From an uncultured Bifidobacteriaceae bacterium (GTDB lineage Bacteria > Verrucomicrobiota > Verrucomicrobiia > Limisphaerales > UBA11358): DNA of 64,000 nt. A program made the translations under genes and the position numbers. Below are positions 42,746 through 51,782 of the stretch, piece after piece. The notes beneath the pieces are model-generated. The model made no database searches. It was not told the DNA's origin and worked only from the letters and a program-made list of their open reading frames with translations. The stretch is taken from assembly GCA_964413165.1 (NCBI GenBank), contig CAYPSF010000001.1, forward strand, positions 1,238 through 65,237, in the 5' to 3' direction. How positions within the stretch are numbered: position 1 is the stretch's first letter; each line of letters opens with the position of its first letter.

Positions 42746-45700
42746 ATGCGCAAAACCCGGAGAATGACGGCCATTTCGAATTGGTTGTGTTGCTCGGCAA
42801 TCTTGATTGCGACCTTGCAAGTCGAGGCTGCGTCGAGGGTTGCCTTGATGGATTTTTCCACCGATGACAATTCCTATCGCAGCGCGCTGGCGGCGGTAGA
42901 TTTCAGCGCCTTGCTTCAAGTGCGATTGAAGGATGTGGACGGCCTTGAATGGGTCGAGCGTAGCCAACTACGGGTAGCCGAAAAAGAGCTTAACCTTGCC
43001 GGCGGCGGTTTTGCTTCATCGGCCACCGCGTTGCAGGTTGGAAAAATGGTTAAAGCCGACTGGTTGGTGACCGGGCGATTCACGATCACGGCTCAGGGAC
43101 GCGGGTTGCGCCTGGAAGTAATCGACCTGGAGCATGCGGACGTTTTAGCTGAGGCAACACTGTTGATCAAAGGCATGACGAACCAGCCTCTTGAGGTTTC
43201 CGTTGTGGAAGTTGCCGCGGCGGACGAGCAGCTTCGAACGGCATTACGGCAGGCGCAGGAACACAATGCACAAACAAAGTCTCGGACGATCATCGCGCCG
43301 CTGTTTTTTGCCAACACTTCCGGCAGCCGCCGGCTTGACTATCTGGAAACCGAATTGCAATCGGCGTTGGACAAAGCGCCTTTACCGCAGGATGTCCGGA
43401 TTCTCCAATTCCCGCGGGCCGCCGCGGCGGCGGCGGAGGCGGAATTGATTTTCGCCGGATTAGTGGCGCAGGACCCGGCGGCCTGGCAAAAAGTGGCCGA
43501 TGTCTATGTTTGGGGCCAATATGAAGAAATTAAGCCGGGCGAATTCACGTTTGCCCAAACTCCGGTCCGCTTCACACTCAACCTTTGGGACGGAAGCGGC
43601 GACTTACAAACCGTAACCGAAACCGCAACTGTGTCGGAGTTGCCGCAATTGGAAGCGCGACTGGTCAAAAGCATCCTCGCCGCCCGAAAATTACCCAATA
43701 AACAAACCATCCCGGAAGGAACACGACGTAAAGTCGCTCGGCAGCTCATGTTGCGAGCGGCTGACATTCAGGCCCTCTTCAAACAGGAAATGCATGGATA
43801 TTTTTCCCCCAATTTTTTGGATACGGCGCAAGGGCAACAGCTGTTGCGCTACCAGGTTAGATTGCTGACCACCGCTCATTTTTTTACTCCGGAATCCTGT
43901 CTGGTTCATCGTTTTTGGCTGGAAAGTTTTTGGGGACAATCGCCGCCTTCCTTCTGGCAGCGATTGGAGCAGATCCGCAGTTACGATGATTTTGACGACA
44001 AGTTCGGCCTGATTTCCCCTGCCGAAAGAGAGTCCGACTTTCTGCCGCCGGGACCCTGGTTCTTTTTGGGCCAGCCACGCACGGTGGATTACCGGCTTAC
44101 CGGCGCCTGGCAGGCCGCCATGGACGATGTGTGCAACACCATTAACGGCGGAAAAGAGCCGAACGGTTTCCCGGTGGGAAAACTGCCCGGTTTTCCGGCG
44201 GACGCACCGCCGGAGGTGCTGGCCGCGTGGAAAATCCAAATCCGCGACGATTTTGCACGCAGACTTTTCACCATGTACGAGAAAGCCATCCATGCCGACC
44301 CGCCGATTCCGGTCATCAATGCCCACCTGTTCATCGAATACGGCTTTCCTTTCGATCTAAAGGACAAGGTGGCGAAAGCGAAATTTATCGAAGATCTTTG
44401 GCCCCAATATCTGAAGTCGCGAGACATGCCGACGGCGCGCCGTGAATACAGTGCAGAGGAATTTGACATTTTTTTTACGCGCGGGCTGTTTCCGCCGATC
44501 CAACAAGTCTTTGCCGATGTTGGCCGCCCCGAACAGGCCGCGGCAATGATCGCACAATTCAAACAACAATTAAAAGTCACCGCCAATCCAACCGATGCTA
44601 CCCGGACCGCGGCCGTGACGGCCGAGGCGCACCGCCCAAAACTTGTCAGCGTCAGCCTGCTGCCCCCAAAACTGTCGCCAGACGTGCGACCCGTTGTGCT
44701 GCCATCAACAACGGCCGTCAACGGAGTTGTCGCTTTAAAATTCGGCGATGGCGTGCTGTGGGTCAGCACCCGGGGCGGAGCGATGAATTGGTCCGATCCG
44801 GTGTGGGAGTACCTGGTGGCTTCGCATCCCCAGGCCGCGCTGTGGCAGCTCCCGCCCGGGGGAACACCGCAAATGCTTTCGGCCAAAATCGGCAAGCATT
44901 CGCCCATCACCTCGTTCTGCCCGCAAGGCAACCGGCTGTGGATGACCCTGGAACAGGATGGAGTGGTTTGTTTTTCCCCGACGACCGGGACGGTGACGCG
45001 TTACGGGGATAAACAAGGAGTTCTGTCACGACAAATGTTCGCGAGCGCGCTGGCCGCGGATCGGATTTTTTTGGGTGGTGGCGAACCGGCCAACGGAAAA
45101 TTGAACAGCGCGGATTTCTCGGGGAGTTCCTGGAAAAGCATGGATTTTATCGGGGCGAGACATTCCCAGATAAGGCTGCTTCAATTGTCCGGTCATCACC
45201 TTTTGGTTAACGATGAAGTTTATAATCTGGAAAATGAATCGAAATGTAGACTTTCCGACGTGTTGAAAACGGGAACCAACCAGCCAATGCCACCGTCCCG
45301 GCTTGACATCCTGGCAGCAACCACTGATCCGCACGGGTTGTGGCTGGGAACTACGCTGGGGCTCGTTGCCTATAATCCGGATACCGGCATCGAGCGCCAT
45401 TGGTTTTCATGGCTCGGCGGCTATCTCGTGGATTCAAATGGCACGGCCATGACCGTGACCTCGCGCTATCACCGGTCCGAAAACGGTGTTTATGTCGCGG
45501 ATACCAATAACAGCGCGGTGGCGACGATTGGTCCGACTTCGCGTCTTCCCGGCGCTGTCACTGCGTTGGCGAACGATGGCGATTTTCTGTGGGTTGCCGC
45601 CACGACGCGATTTGATCCTTCGCTGAACGGCAATGGAACCGAGGGGCGGTGGGTGAACGGCTATTTTGTGCTGACCTTGTGCCCCGGGGTGGACACCGGC

Positions 45701-46603
45701 GGCGCTGGAAAGAACGGTGAGTGGCGGAACATGTATGCGAAGAACGAACGCAATTACGTGCTATTGTTCCATAAGCCAACCGGGAAATGGGTCGGATATT
45801 TTCCGGTTACCAGCCGGGTTACCGGCCTGGCCGTATCCGATGAAAAACTTTGGGTTGGGTTGGAGGACACGGGTTACGTTCAACTGGCCGAACACTCGTG
45901 GCAGGATCAGGAGGTTTTCGCGCCCAGCCCGTTGCTCGAAATCCAAAAAGCGCCGATGCTTTCGGTTCCACCCGCCCAGTGGGTATCCGATCAATTGTCA
46001 GACACCGAACTTCACGCGCGAATCAATCAGGCCATCCAGATCCTGAAAGTTCCGTCTCCGCCTGAACCGGCGGCCCCGCTGGCAGCCGGGGAAGAGCGTC
46101 TCGCCTTTCTCCAGAAAAATTTCGGGAGCTTCGTTCCGATCAAACTTAACAAGGGAACAAATGGTTACGCGGCTGTCCAGATATTGCCCGTGCGGGGACA
46201 TTTGATCGAACATGACGGACTGTATTATTGCGGGTTTCGGTTTACCATGCCGGCTTGGCTGGACGGCGACCTGGAATGGATGTACGCCTTGGCCAAAGGC
46301 GTGGCCCAAAAAGATTTTACGGCGGGCGAAACCTGGTGGGGAGTGGTCCCGGAAGCGGGGCCTTGGGCCCATTCGGACAAGAACTTCAGACTCGAACTCC
46401 AGGATTACCGCGGACTTCGACAACAATTCCCCTACAGCCACAGCTTGAACGTCCAGACATTTTCAAGAGACCAATTGCAGCCCGGTAAATCCTACGTCGT
46501 GTGGTTCGCTCTCCAGGAAAAGGACCATCCTGATATCGCTTACGCCATGACCATCCGTTCACCGCGCGGTACCAATGAGCTGGGCCCATTGCCGCTTCGA
46601 TAG
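42746..46603 (+). CDS. Large secreted protein: CsgG/LpoB-like N-module + long body with propeller-like repeats
   Basis: 1285 aa. Signal peptide ...WLCCSAILIATLQVEAAS. N-module RVALMDFSTDD...WVERSQLRVAEKELNLAG...LQVGKMVKADWLVTGRF. Later GLWLGTTLGLVAYNPDTG and DFLWVAATT repeats. Confidence 0.8.
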   Translation: MRKTRRMTAISNWLCCSAILIATLQVEAASRVALMDFSTDDNSYRSALAAVDFSALLQVRLKDVDGLEWVERSQLRVAEKELNLAGGGFASSATALQVGKMVKADWLVTGRFTITAQGRGLRLEVIDLEHADVLAEATLLIKGMTNQPLEVSVVEVAAADEQLRTALRQAQEHNAQTKSRTIIAPLFFANTSGSRRLDYLETELQSALDKAPLPQDVRILQFPRAAAAAAEAELIFAGLVAQDPAAWQKVADVYVWGQYEEIKPGEFTFAQTPVRFTLNLWDGSGDLQTVTETATVSELPQLEARLVKSILAARKLPNKQTIPEGTRRKVARQLMLRAADIQALFKQEMHGYFSPNFLDTAQGQQLLRYQVRLLTTAHFFTPESCLVHRFWLESFWGQSPPSFWQRLEQIRSYDDFDDKFGLISPAERESDFLPPGPWFFLGQPRTVDYRLTGAWQAAMDDVCNTINGGKEPNGFPVGKLPGFPADAPPEVLAAWKIQIRDDFARRLFTMYEKAIHADPPIPVINAHLFIEYGFPFDLKDKVAKAKFIEDLWPQYLKSRDMPTARREYSAEEFDIFFTRGLFPPIQQVFADVGRPEQAAAMIAQFKQQLKVTANPTDATRTAAVTAEAHRPKLVSVSLLPPKLSPDVRPVVLPSTTAVNGVVALKFGDGVLWVSTRGGAMNWSDPVWEYLVASHPQAALWQLPPGGTPQMLSAKIGKHSPITSFCPQGNRLWMTLEQDGVVCFSPTTGTVTRYGDKQGVLSRQMFASALAADRIFLGGGEPANGKLNSADFSGSSWKSMDFIGARHSQIRLLQLSGHHLLVNDEVYNLENESKCRLSDVLKTGTNQPMPPSRLDILAATTDPHGLWLGTTLGLVAYNPDTGIERHWFSWLGGYLVDSNGTAMTVTSRYHRSENGVYVADTNNSAVATIGPTSRLPGAVTALANDGDFLWVAATTRFDPSLNGNGTEGRWVNGYFVLTLCPGVDTGGAGKNGEWRNMYAKNERNYVLLFHKPTGKWVGYFPVTSRVTGLAVSDEKLWVGLEDTGYVQLAEHSWQDQEVFAPSPLLEIQKAPMLSVPPAQWVSDQLSDTELHARINQAIQILKVPSPPEPAAPLAAGEERLAFLQKNFGSFVPIKLNKGTNGYAAVQILPVRGHLIEHDGLYYCGFRFTMPAWLDGDLEWMYALAKGVAQKDFTAGETWWGVVPEAGPWAHSDKNFRLELQDYRGLRQQFPYSHSLNVQTFSRDQLQPGKSYVVWFALQEKDHPDIAYAMTIRSPRGTNELGPLPLR

Positions 46604-46608
46604 CCGGG

Positions 46609-47052
46609 TTAAGCACCGCCGCGCCGCTGCACCAAAAGCAGGTGCTCGCAGGCCAGCACGGTCTCGTTGCGCTGGTTGAATACCTCCAACGCCTCCACCA
46701 CCACGCCGTGGTCCGGCTTCTTGTGGTCGCGCTTTTCCTTGACCGTCACCCGCCCGCGGATGGTGTCGCCGATGAACACCGGCTTGATGAAGCGCAGCCG
46801 GTCGTAACCGTAGCTGAACGCCAGCGGGTTGATTTCCCCCGCCGTCAGGCCCACCGCCACGCTGAAAATCAGGGTGCCGTGCGCCATCCGCTGGCCGAAC
46901 GGCTGCGTCTTGCACCACTCGGCGTCCATGTGGTGCGGATAAAAATCACCCGTCTGACCCGCGTGCAAAACAATATCCGCCTCGGTAATGGTGCGCCCGC
47001 CGGTCTCCCGCACGGCATTGAGTTCGTAGTCCTCAAAATGTCTCGGCTGCAT
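46609..47052 (-). CDS. MaoC-like (R-specific enoyl-CoA hydratase-type) hotdog dehydratase
   Basis: 147 aa. [25 protein letters not shown]...[14 protein letters not shown] is MaoC dehydratase-like. Confidence 0.8.
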   Translation of the reverse strand: MQPRHFEDYELNAVRETGGRTITEADIVLHAGQTGDFYPHHMDAEWCKTQPFGQRMAHGTLIFSVAVGLTAGEINPLAFSYGYDRLRFIKPVFIGDTIRGRVTVKEKRDHKKPDHGVVVEALEVFNQRNETVLACEHLLLVQRRGGA

Positions 47053-47114
47053 GGTGGCAGTTTATGTATGGAATTAGATTTTACAAACGAAATGACTTTC
47101 TCAAACATCACCGC

Positions 47115-48065
47115 GTGAAATTCCTGGTTACCGGTGGCACCGGATTCATCGGCTGGCGCGTGGTGCGCAACTTGTTGCAGCGGAAAATACCCGTTGTGGC
47201 CGGCGAACTGAACCCCGACTCCGGTATCCTGGCCCGGCTGCCGGGCGCGGAACTGGCCACCCTCGACGTGTCGGACGCGAATTCGGTCAAAGCCGTTTTT
47301 CAAAAGCACCCGGACATCACGCACGCCATCCATCTGGCCTACCTGATGAGCGCGGAGGTGGAGGCCAACCCGCATCTCGGCGCGAGCGTGAACGTCCTGG
47401 GCATGATCAACCTCTTCGACGCCGCCGTCCGCCAGAAACTGGCGCGGCTGGTCTTCACCAGCAGCGAGACGTATTACGGCGCGTCCCAAAAGCCCTACGG
47501 CGACCGCGACGTGACCGAGGATGATTTTACCGGCCCGGCCAACCATTTTTTCACCTACGGCATGATGAAAGTGCTGAACGAGTTCACGGCGCAAAAGTAC
47601 GTCAAGAAACACGGCGTCAGCATCGCCTGCACCCGGCCGCCGGTCGTGTTCGGCCATGGCCGCAAACGCGGCTCGGTCCTGTGGGCGGAGGACTTCGCCA
47701 CCCTGCCGGCGCAGGGCAAGCCGGTCACCCTGCCGTTCCCGGCGCACACGCGCGATTGCTGGATTTACGTGGACGATTGCGCGGAACAGCTTGTGAGCCT
47801 GGCGCTGAAGCCGCAGATCGCCCATTTCGCCTACAACAACGGAGGTGAATCCGTCACCGCGGCGGAATTCGCCGCCCTCGTCCGCCACTGGCTGCCGGAG
47901 GCGCAAATTTCCTTCGATGAATCCAAACCCACCACGCCGCTGATTGACCGGATGGACAGCCGGCGATTGGACCAGGAGATCAATTTCAAACCGCGCCCGC
48001 TCAGCGAGGGCGTGCATGCGCACATCAACGAAGCCCGCCTCGCCGCGGGACTGAAGCCAGTTTAG
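47115..48065 (+). CDS. NAD-dependent epimerase/dehydratase (extended SDR)
   Basis: VKFLVTGGTGFIGWRVV Rossmann motif at the chosen GTG start (ORF track starts at 47064). YGMMK is the YxxxK motif. Confidence 0.85.
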   Translation: MKFLVTGGTGFIGWRVVRNLLQRKIPVVAGELNPDSGILARLPGAELATLDVSDANSVKAVFQKHPDITHAIHLAYLMSAEVEANPHLGASVNVLGMINLFDAAVRQKLARLVFTSSETYYGASQKPYGDRDVTEDDFTGPANHFFTYGMMKVLNEFTAQKYVKKHGVSIACTRPPVVFGHGRKRGSVLWAEDFATLPAQGKPVTLPFPAHTRDCWIYVDDCAEQLVSLALKPQIAHFAYNNGGESVTAAEFAALVRHWLPEAQISFDESKPTTPLIDRMDSRRLDQEINFKPRPLSEGVHAHINEARLAAGLKPV

Positions 48066-48071
48066 AAATGA

Positions 48072-48180
48072 AAAAACATTCAACATTCAACATCGAACAT
48101 CCAATGAAGAAAATTGGGAGACAGGGACGCGATCGGCGTGACGTTGGATTGAAGGTTGGGCGTTGAATGTTGGATGTTTC
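48072..48180. repeat. Intergenic hairpin element with 7-bp-periodic arms (AACATTC type)
   Basis: Left arm aacattc aacattc aacatcg aacatcc aat. Right arm ttggatt gaaggtt gggcgtt gaatgtt ggatgtt. The arms are reverse-complementary with mismatches, separated by a ~38-nt spacer. Confidence 0.8.
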
Positions 48181-48196
48181 CGAAAAACCTATTGTT

Positions 48197-49183
48197 ATGA
48201 CCAGATTCCGCAACACCGTCGTTGGCAGTTATCCCCGGCCCGGCAAGGTCGAGGATACGCTCAAGAAACCCACGCTGAACCAGGCCGAGGTGGATGAACT
48301 CATCCGCTGGGCCGCCAAAGACCAGGCCGACCTCGGGCTCGACGTCATCACCGACGGCGAGGGTTACCGCGAGAACATGTATTATTTCTACCAGAAGAGG
48401 CTCGACGGCGTTTCGATGGAGAACATGGTGAAGAAAACCTTCGGCACGGCCGGGTTCGGCATCGAATGCGCGCGGGTGGTGGGCGAAATCAAAAACCCGC
48501 GCTGCAACCTGGCGCACAACTGGAAAATCGCCCGCGCCGCGGCGCCGAAAAACGTCGCCGTCAAGCAAACCGTAACCGGCCCGCACGTGCTGACCCGGTT
48601 CAGCGTGAACGAGCGTCCCGATTTATATCCCGATGAACAATCATTGTGCCGTGCCTACGCGAAAATCCTCGCCGAGGAACTGCGCGCGGTCATCGCCGCC
48701 GGCTGCGAATTCATCCAATTCGACGAGCCGATGTGGACCGAGGCGCCGGAACAGAGCGAATGGGCAGCGGGCATCCTCAATGAGCTGATCGAATCACTGC
48801 CCAAGGTGCGGGTCGGGCTGCACGTCTGCGGCGGGAATCCGCGGCGCAAGCGGGTTTACTTCACCAAATACACCGACCTGGTTCCAGCGTTCACCAGGGC
48901 GAAGATCGACGAGGTATCGCTCGAGCACTGCACGTTGAGCTACAACCTGATGGATTTGTGGCCGCTCTGGAAGTTCAAGGGCGACCTCGCCCTCGGCGTG
49001 ATTGACCAGCGCAGCGACGGCATCGAAACGACCGAGGTCATCCGGAAACGGGTCGAGCCGGCGCTGAAACATTTTCCGCGCGAACGGCTGGTGCTGACCA
49101 GCGAATGCGGCTTCGGCCATGTGCCGCTCGATATTACCCGTGCCAAATTGAAAGCCCTGGTGGCGGCGTGCCAGTCGTTATGA
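48197..49183 (+). CDS. MetE-C-terminal-domain-like (cobalamin-independent methionine synthase family) protein
   Basis: MTRFRNTVVGSYPRP, DVITDGE, LHVCGGN (His-x-Cys) and LTSECGFGH are Zn-site-like motifs. The ORF-track start at 48167 lies inside the hairpin arm, so I preferred the internal start. Confidence 0.75.
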   Translation: MTRFRNTVVGSYPRPGKVEDTLKKPTLNQAEVDELIRWAAKDQADLGLDVITDGEGYRENMYYFYQKRLDGVSMENMVKKTFGTAGFGIECARVVGEIKNPRCNLAHNWKIARAAAPKNVAVKQTVTGPHVLTRFSVNERPDLYPDEQSLCRAYAKILAEELRAVIAAGCEFIQFDEPMWTEAPEQSEWAAGILNELIESLPKVRVGLHVCGGNPRRKRVYFTKYTDLVPAFTRAKIDEVSLEHCTLSYNLMDLWPLWKFKGDLALGVIDQRSDGIETTEVIRKRVEPALKHFPRERLVLTSECGFGHVPLDITRAKLKALVAACQSL

Positions 49184-49189
49184 TTTTCC

Positions 49190-49290
49190 AAAACATTCAA
49201 CATTCAACATTCAGCGCTCAACGCTCAATCAGCGTTCATTCGGCTCACCCCTGGACATTGAATGTTGAATGTTGGGCGTTAAATGTTTCC
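49190..49290. repeat. Intergenic hairpin element with 7-bp-periodic arms (AACATTC type)
   Basis: Left arm aacattc aacattc aacattc agcgctc aacgctc aat. Right arm ggacattg aatgttg aatgttg ggcgtta aatgttt. Confidence 0.8.
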
Positions 49291-49298
49291 TTTCCATT

Positions 49299-50441
49299 AT
49301 GAAACCACTCGAAGGCCTTCTCGTTCTGGATTTCGCCCAGTTTCTCGCCGGGCCCAGCGCGGCCATGCGCCTGGCCGACCTCGGCGCGCGCGTCATCAAG
49401 ATCGAACGGCCGGGCGCCGGTGAACTGGGCCGGAAGCTCTACATTTCCAACCTGGAACTCGACGGCGACAGCACGCTCTTCCATTCCATCAATCGGAACA
49501 AGCAGAGCTTTGCTGCGGACCTGAAAAATCCGGATGACTTCGCCGACGTCCGCCGGCTTGTCGAACGCGCCGATGTGCTCATCCAGAATTTCCGGCCCGG
49601 GGTCATGGAAAAAATCGGGATGCATTATGACGCGGTGAAAAACTGGAATCCAAAGCTGGTTTACGCCTCCATCACCGGTTACGGCCGGGAAGGCCCGTGG
49701 CGCGACAAGCCTGGACAGGATTTGCTGGCGCAATCCATCTCCGGCCTGGCGTGGTTGAGCGGTGACGCGACCCAGGGACCGGTGCCGATGGGGTTGTCGG
49801 TCGCAGACATGTTCACGGCGGCGCATTGTGTGCAGGGGATCCTCGCCTGCCTGGTCCGGCGGGGCGTCACCGGCCAGGGCGGATTGATCGAAGTCAGCCT
49901 GATGGAATCGGTTATCGACCTGCAGTTCGAGGTGGTGACCACGCACCTGAACGACGGCGGCAAACTGCCCCAACGCAGCGCGGTCAACAACGGCCATGCC
50001 TACCTCGGCGCGCCTTACGGCATCTACCAGACCGGCGACGGTTATCTGGCGGTGGCGATGGGCTCGGTCGTCCGGCTGGGTGAATTGCTGGGCTGCCAGC
50101 CGTTGACAGCTTACCTCGACCCGAAAACCTGGTTTACCAAACGCGATGAAATCAAAGCCGAGCTGGCCCGGCATTTGAAAACGCAGACCACAGCCCACTG
50201 GCTGGCGATTCTGGAGCCGGCGGACATCTGGTGCGCCGACGTGTTGACCTGGCCACGATTGATGGCTCATGGGGGATTCCGCGTGCTCAACCTGATCCAA
50301 AAAGTCAGCCGCGCAAACGGCGCGAGCCTGGAAACAACGCGTTGCCCCATCCGCGTGGACGGGAAAATCCTGACTTCGTCCCTCGGTGCTCCCAAGGTCG
50401 GTGAACACAACGCGGTGGTACGGGAGGAGTTTCTTTTATGA
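49299..50441 (+). CDS. Family III (CaiB/BaiF-type) CoA-transferase
   Basis: [38 protein letters not shown] is the canonical N-terminus. The ORF-track start at 49269 lies in the hairpin arm. Confidence 0.9.
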   Translation: MKPLEGLLVLDFAQFLAGPSAAMRLADLGARVIKIERPGAGELGRKLYISNLELDGDSTLFHSINRNKQSFAADLKNPDDFADVRRLVERADVLIQNFRPGVMEKIGMHYDAVKNWNPKLVYASITGYGREGPWRDKPGQDLLAQSISGLAWLSGDATQGPVPMGLSVADMFTAAHCVQGILACLVRRGVTGQGGLIEVSLMESVIDLQFEVVTTHLNDGGKLPQRSAVNNGHAYLGAPYGIYQTGDGYLAVAMGSVVRLGELLGCQPLTAYLDPKTWFTKRDEIKAELARHLKTQTTAHWLAILEPADIWCADVLTWPRLMAHGGFRVLNLIQKVSRANGASLETTRCPIRVDGKILTSSLGAPKVGEHNAVVREEFLL

Positions 50442-50929
50442 ACGTTGCCCCGCAAGCTGCCGGGCTGAACGTGCGCTCGTATCGGCCATGGGAAGTTGCC
50501 GCTCTGGCCCGCCTTTTCACCGACACCGTCCGCCTCATCAGCGCTAAGGATTATTCGCCTGAACAAATTGACACCTGGGCCCCGGAGCCCCCCGACCTCG
50601 AATATTGGCGCGGTCGGCTGAGTGCGCTCATGGTTTTTGTGGCGGAACAGGGTCCTGAAATCACCGGGTTTGCCGCCCTCGAACCCGACGGGCATCTTGA
50701 CTTGCTTTACGTGCATCACCGTTTCCAAAGACGGGGCATCGCCGCCGCCCTTTGCCGGCGGATTGAATCGGAGGCATTGGTACGCAGCCTGGATCGCATT
50801 TTTACCGGGGCCAGCCTCACGGCCCGTCCGTTTTTTGAAAACGCCGGGTTTCGAGTGATCGCCCCACAAACCGTCACGCATCGGGGTGTTCCCTTCCAGA
50901 ACTTTCGCATGGAAAAAATTCTCCGCTGA
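50438..50929 (+). CDS. GNAT-family N-acetyltransferase
   Basis: 163 aa. [22 protein letters not shown] is the acetyl-CoA-binding R/Q-x-x-G-x-A motif. It overlaps the upstream gene by 4 bp. Confidence 0.8.
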   Translation: MNVAPQAAGLNVRSYRPWEVAALARLFTDTVRLISAKDYSPEQIDTWAPEPPDLEYWRGRLSALMVFVAEQGPEITGFAALEPDGHLDLLYVHHRFQRRGIAAALCRRIESEALVRSLDRIFTGASLTARPFFENAGFRVIAPQTVTHRGVPFQNFRMEKILR

Positions 50930-50939
50930 CCAGCCGCCC

Positions 50940-51782
50940 ATGAGAATCATCGACACCCATCAGCACCTGATTTATCCGGACCGGCTGGGTTATTCATGGT
51001 GTCGGGGGATCGCGGCGTTCGAGGGCAAACCGTTTCGGCTGGAAGAATACCGGGTGGCGGCGCGGAACACCGGCATCGCCGAAACCCTGTTCATGGAAGT
51101 GGACGTGGATGAACCGCAGATGAAAGCGGAGGCGGAATTTTTTCTCCAACTTGCCACTCAACCGGACTCCGGCATGGTCGGCGTGCTCGCGGCCTGCCGG
51201 CCCGAGTCCAAAGATTTCACGGCCTACGTCGAATCCATCCGGCACCCGAAACTCAGGGGTTTGCGCCGGGTCTTGCACACCCAGCCGGATGCGCTGTCGC
51301 AAACGCCGCTCTTTGCGGAAAATCTCGCGCGGCTGGCGCAACACCGGCTGACGTTTGATTTGTGCCTGTTGCCGCGTCAGTTGCCGTTGGGCGCCAAACT
51401 CGTGAGCCAGGTGCCGGACGTGCAATTTGTCCTCGACCACTGCGGGATCCCGAACCTCAAGGGCGGCGAACTCGACCCGTGGCGCCAGCACATCCGCGAG
51501 CTGGCACAATTCCCTAACCTCGCCTGCAAGATTTCCGGCTTGGTGGCCTATTGCCATCCACAACACGTGAATGCCGGAGCCATCCAGCCCTTCGTCGAGC
51601 ATTGCCTTGAATGTTTCGGCTGGGACCGCGTGCTCTTCGGCGGTGACTGGCCGGTTTGCAATCTTACCTCAACCCTCGGGCATTGGGTGGAGCTGGCGAA
51701 GGAAATGGTCCGGACCGAATCTGTCGACCGCCGGCGAAAATTTTTCGCCGAAAACGCAGAACGAATTTACCGGTTGAAATGA
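50940..51782 (+). CDS. Amidohydrolase_2-family hydrolase (sugar-lactonase-like)
   Basis: MRIIDTHQHLIYPD (HxH metal motif), VLDHCG, and LFGGDWPVC at the C-terminus. Confidence 0.75.
   Translation: MRIIDTHQHLIYPDRLGYSWCRGIAAFEGKPFRLEEYRVAARNTGIAETLFMEVDVDEPQMKAEAEFFLQLATQPDSGMVGVLAACRPESKDFTAYVESIRHPKLRGLRRVLHTQPDALSQTPLFAENLARLAQHRLTFDLCLLPRQLPLGAKLVSQVPDVQFVLDHCGIPNLKGGELDPWRQHIRELAQFPNLACKISGLVAYCHPQHVNAGAIQPFVEHCLECFGWDRVLFGGDWPVCNLTSTLGHWVELAKEMVRTESVDRRRKFFAENAERIYRLK

Noticed and set aside
43691-44931. Minus-strand ORFs of 211 and 280 aa
   Set aside because: They are antisense to the 1285-aa gene and have no motifs.
46869-48086. 405-aa minus-strand ORF
   Set aside because: It is antisense to the epimerase gene, which has a GGTGFIG Rossmann motif, and it overlaps the MaoC gene in another frame.
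48072-49290. Heptamer arrays as a possible CRISPR-like array
   Set aside because: The units are only 7 bp and are directly abutting, with no spacers. The two arms are complementary to each other. No cas genes are present.
49245-50408. 387-aa minus-strand ORF
   Set aside because: It is antisense to the CaiB-type CoA-transferase, which has a canonical N-terminus.
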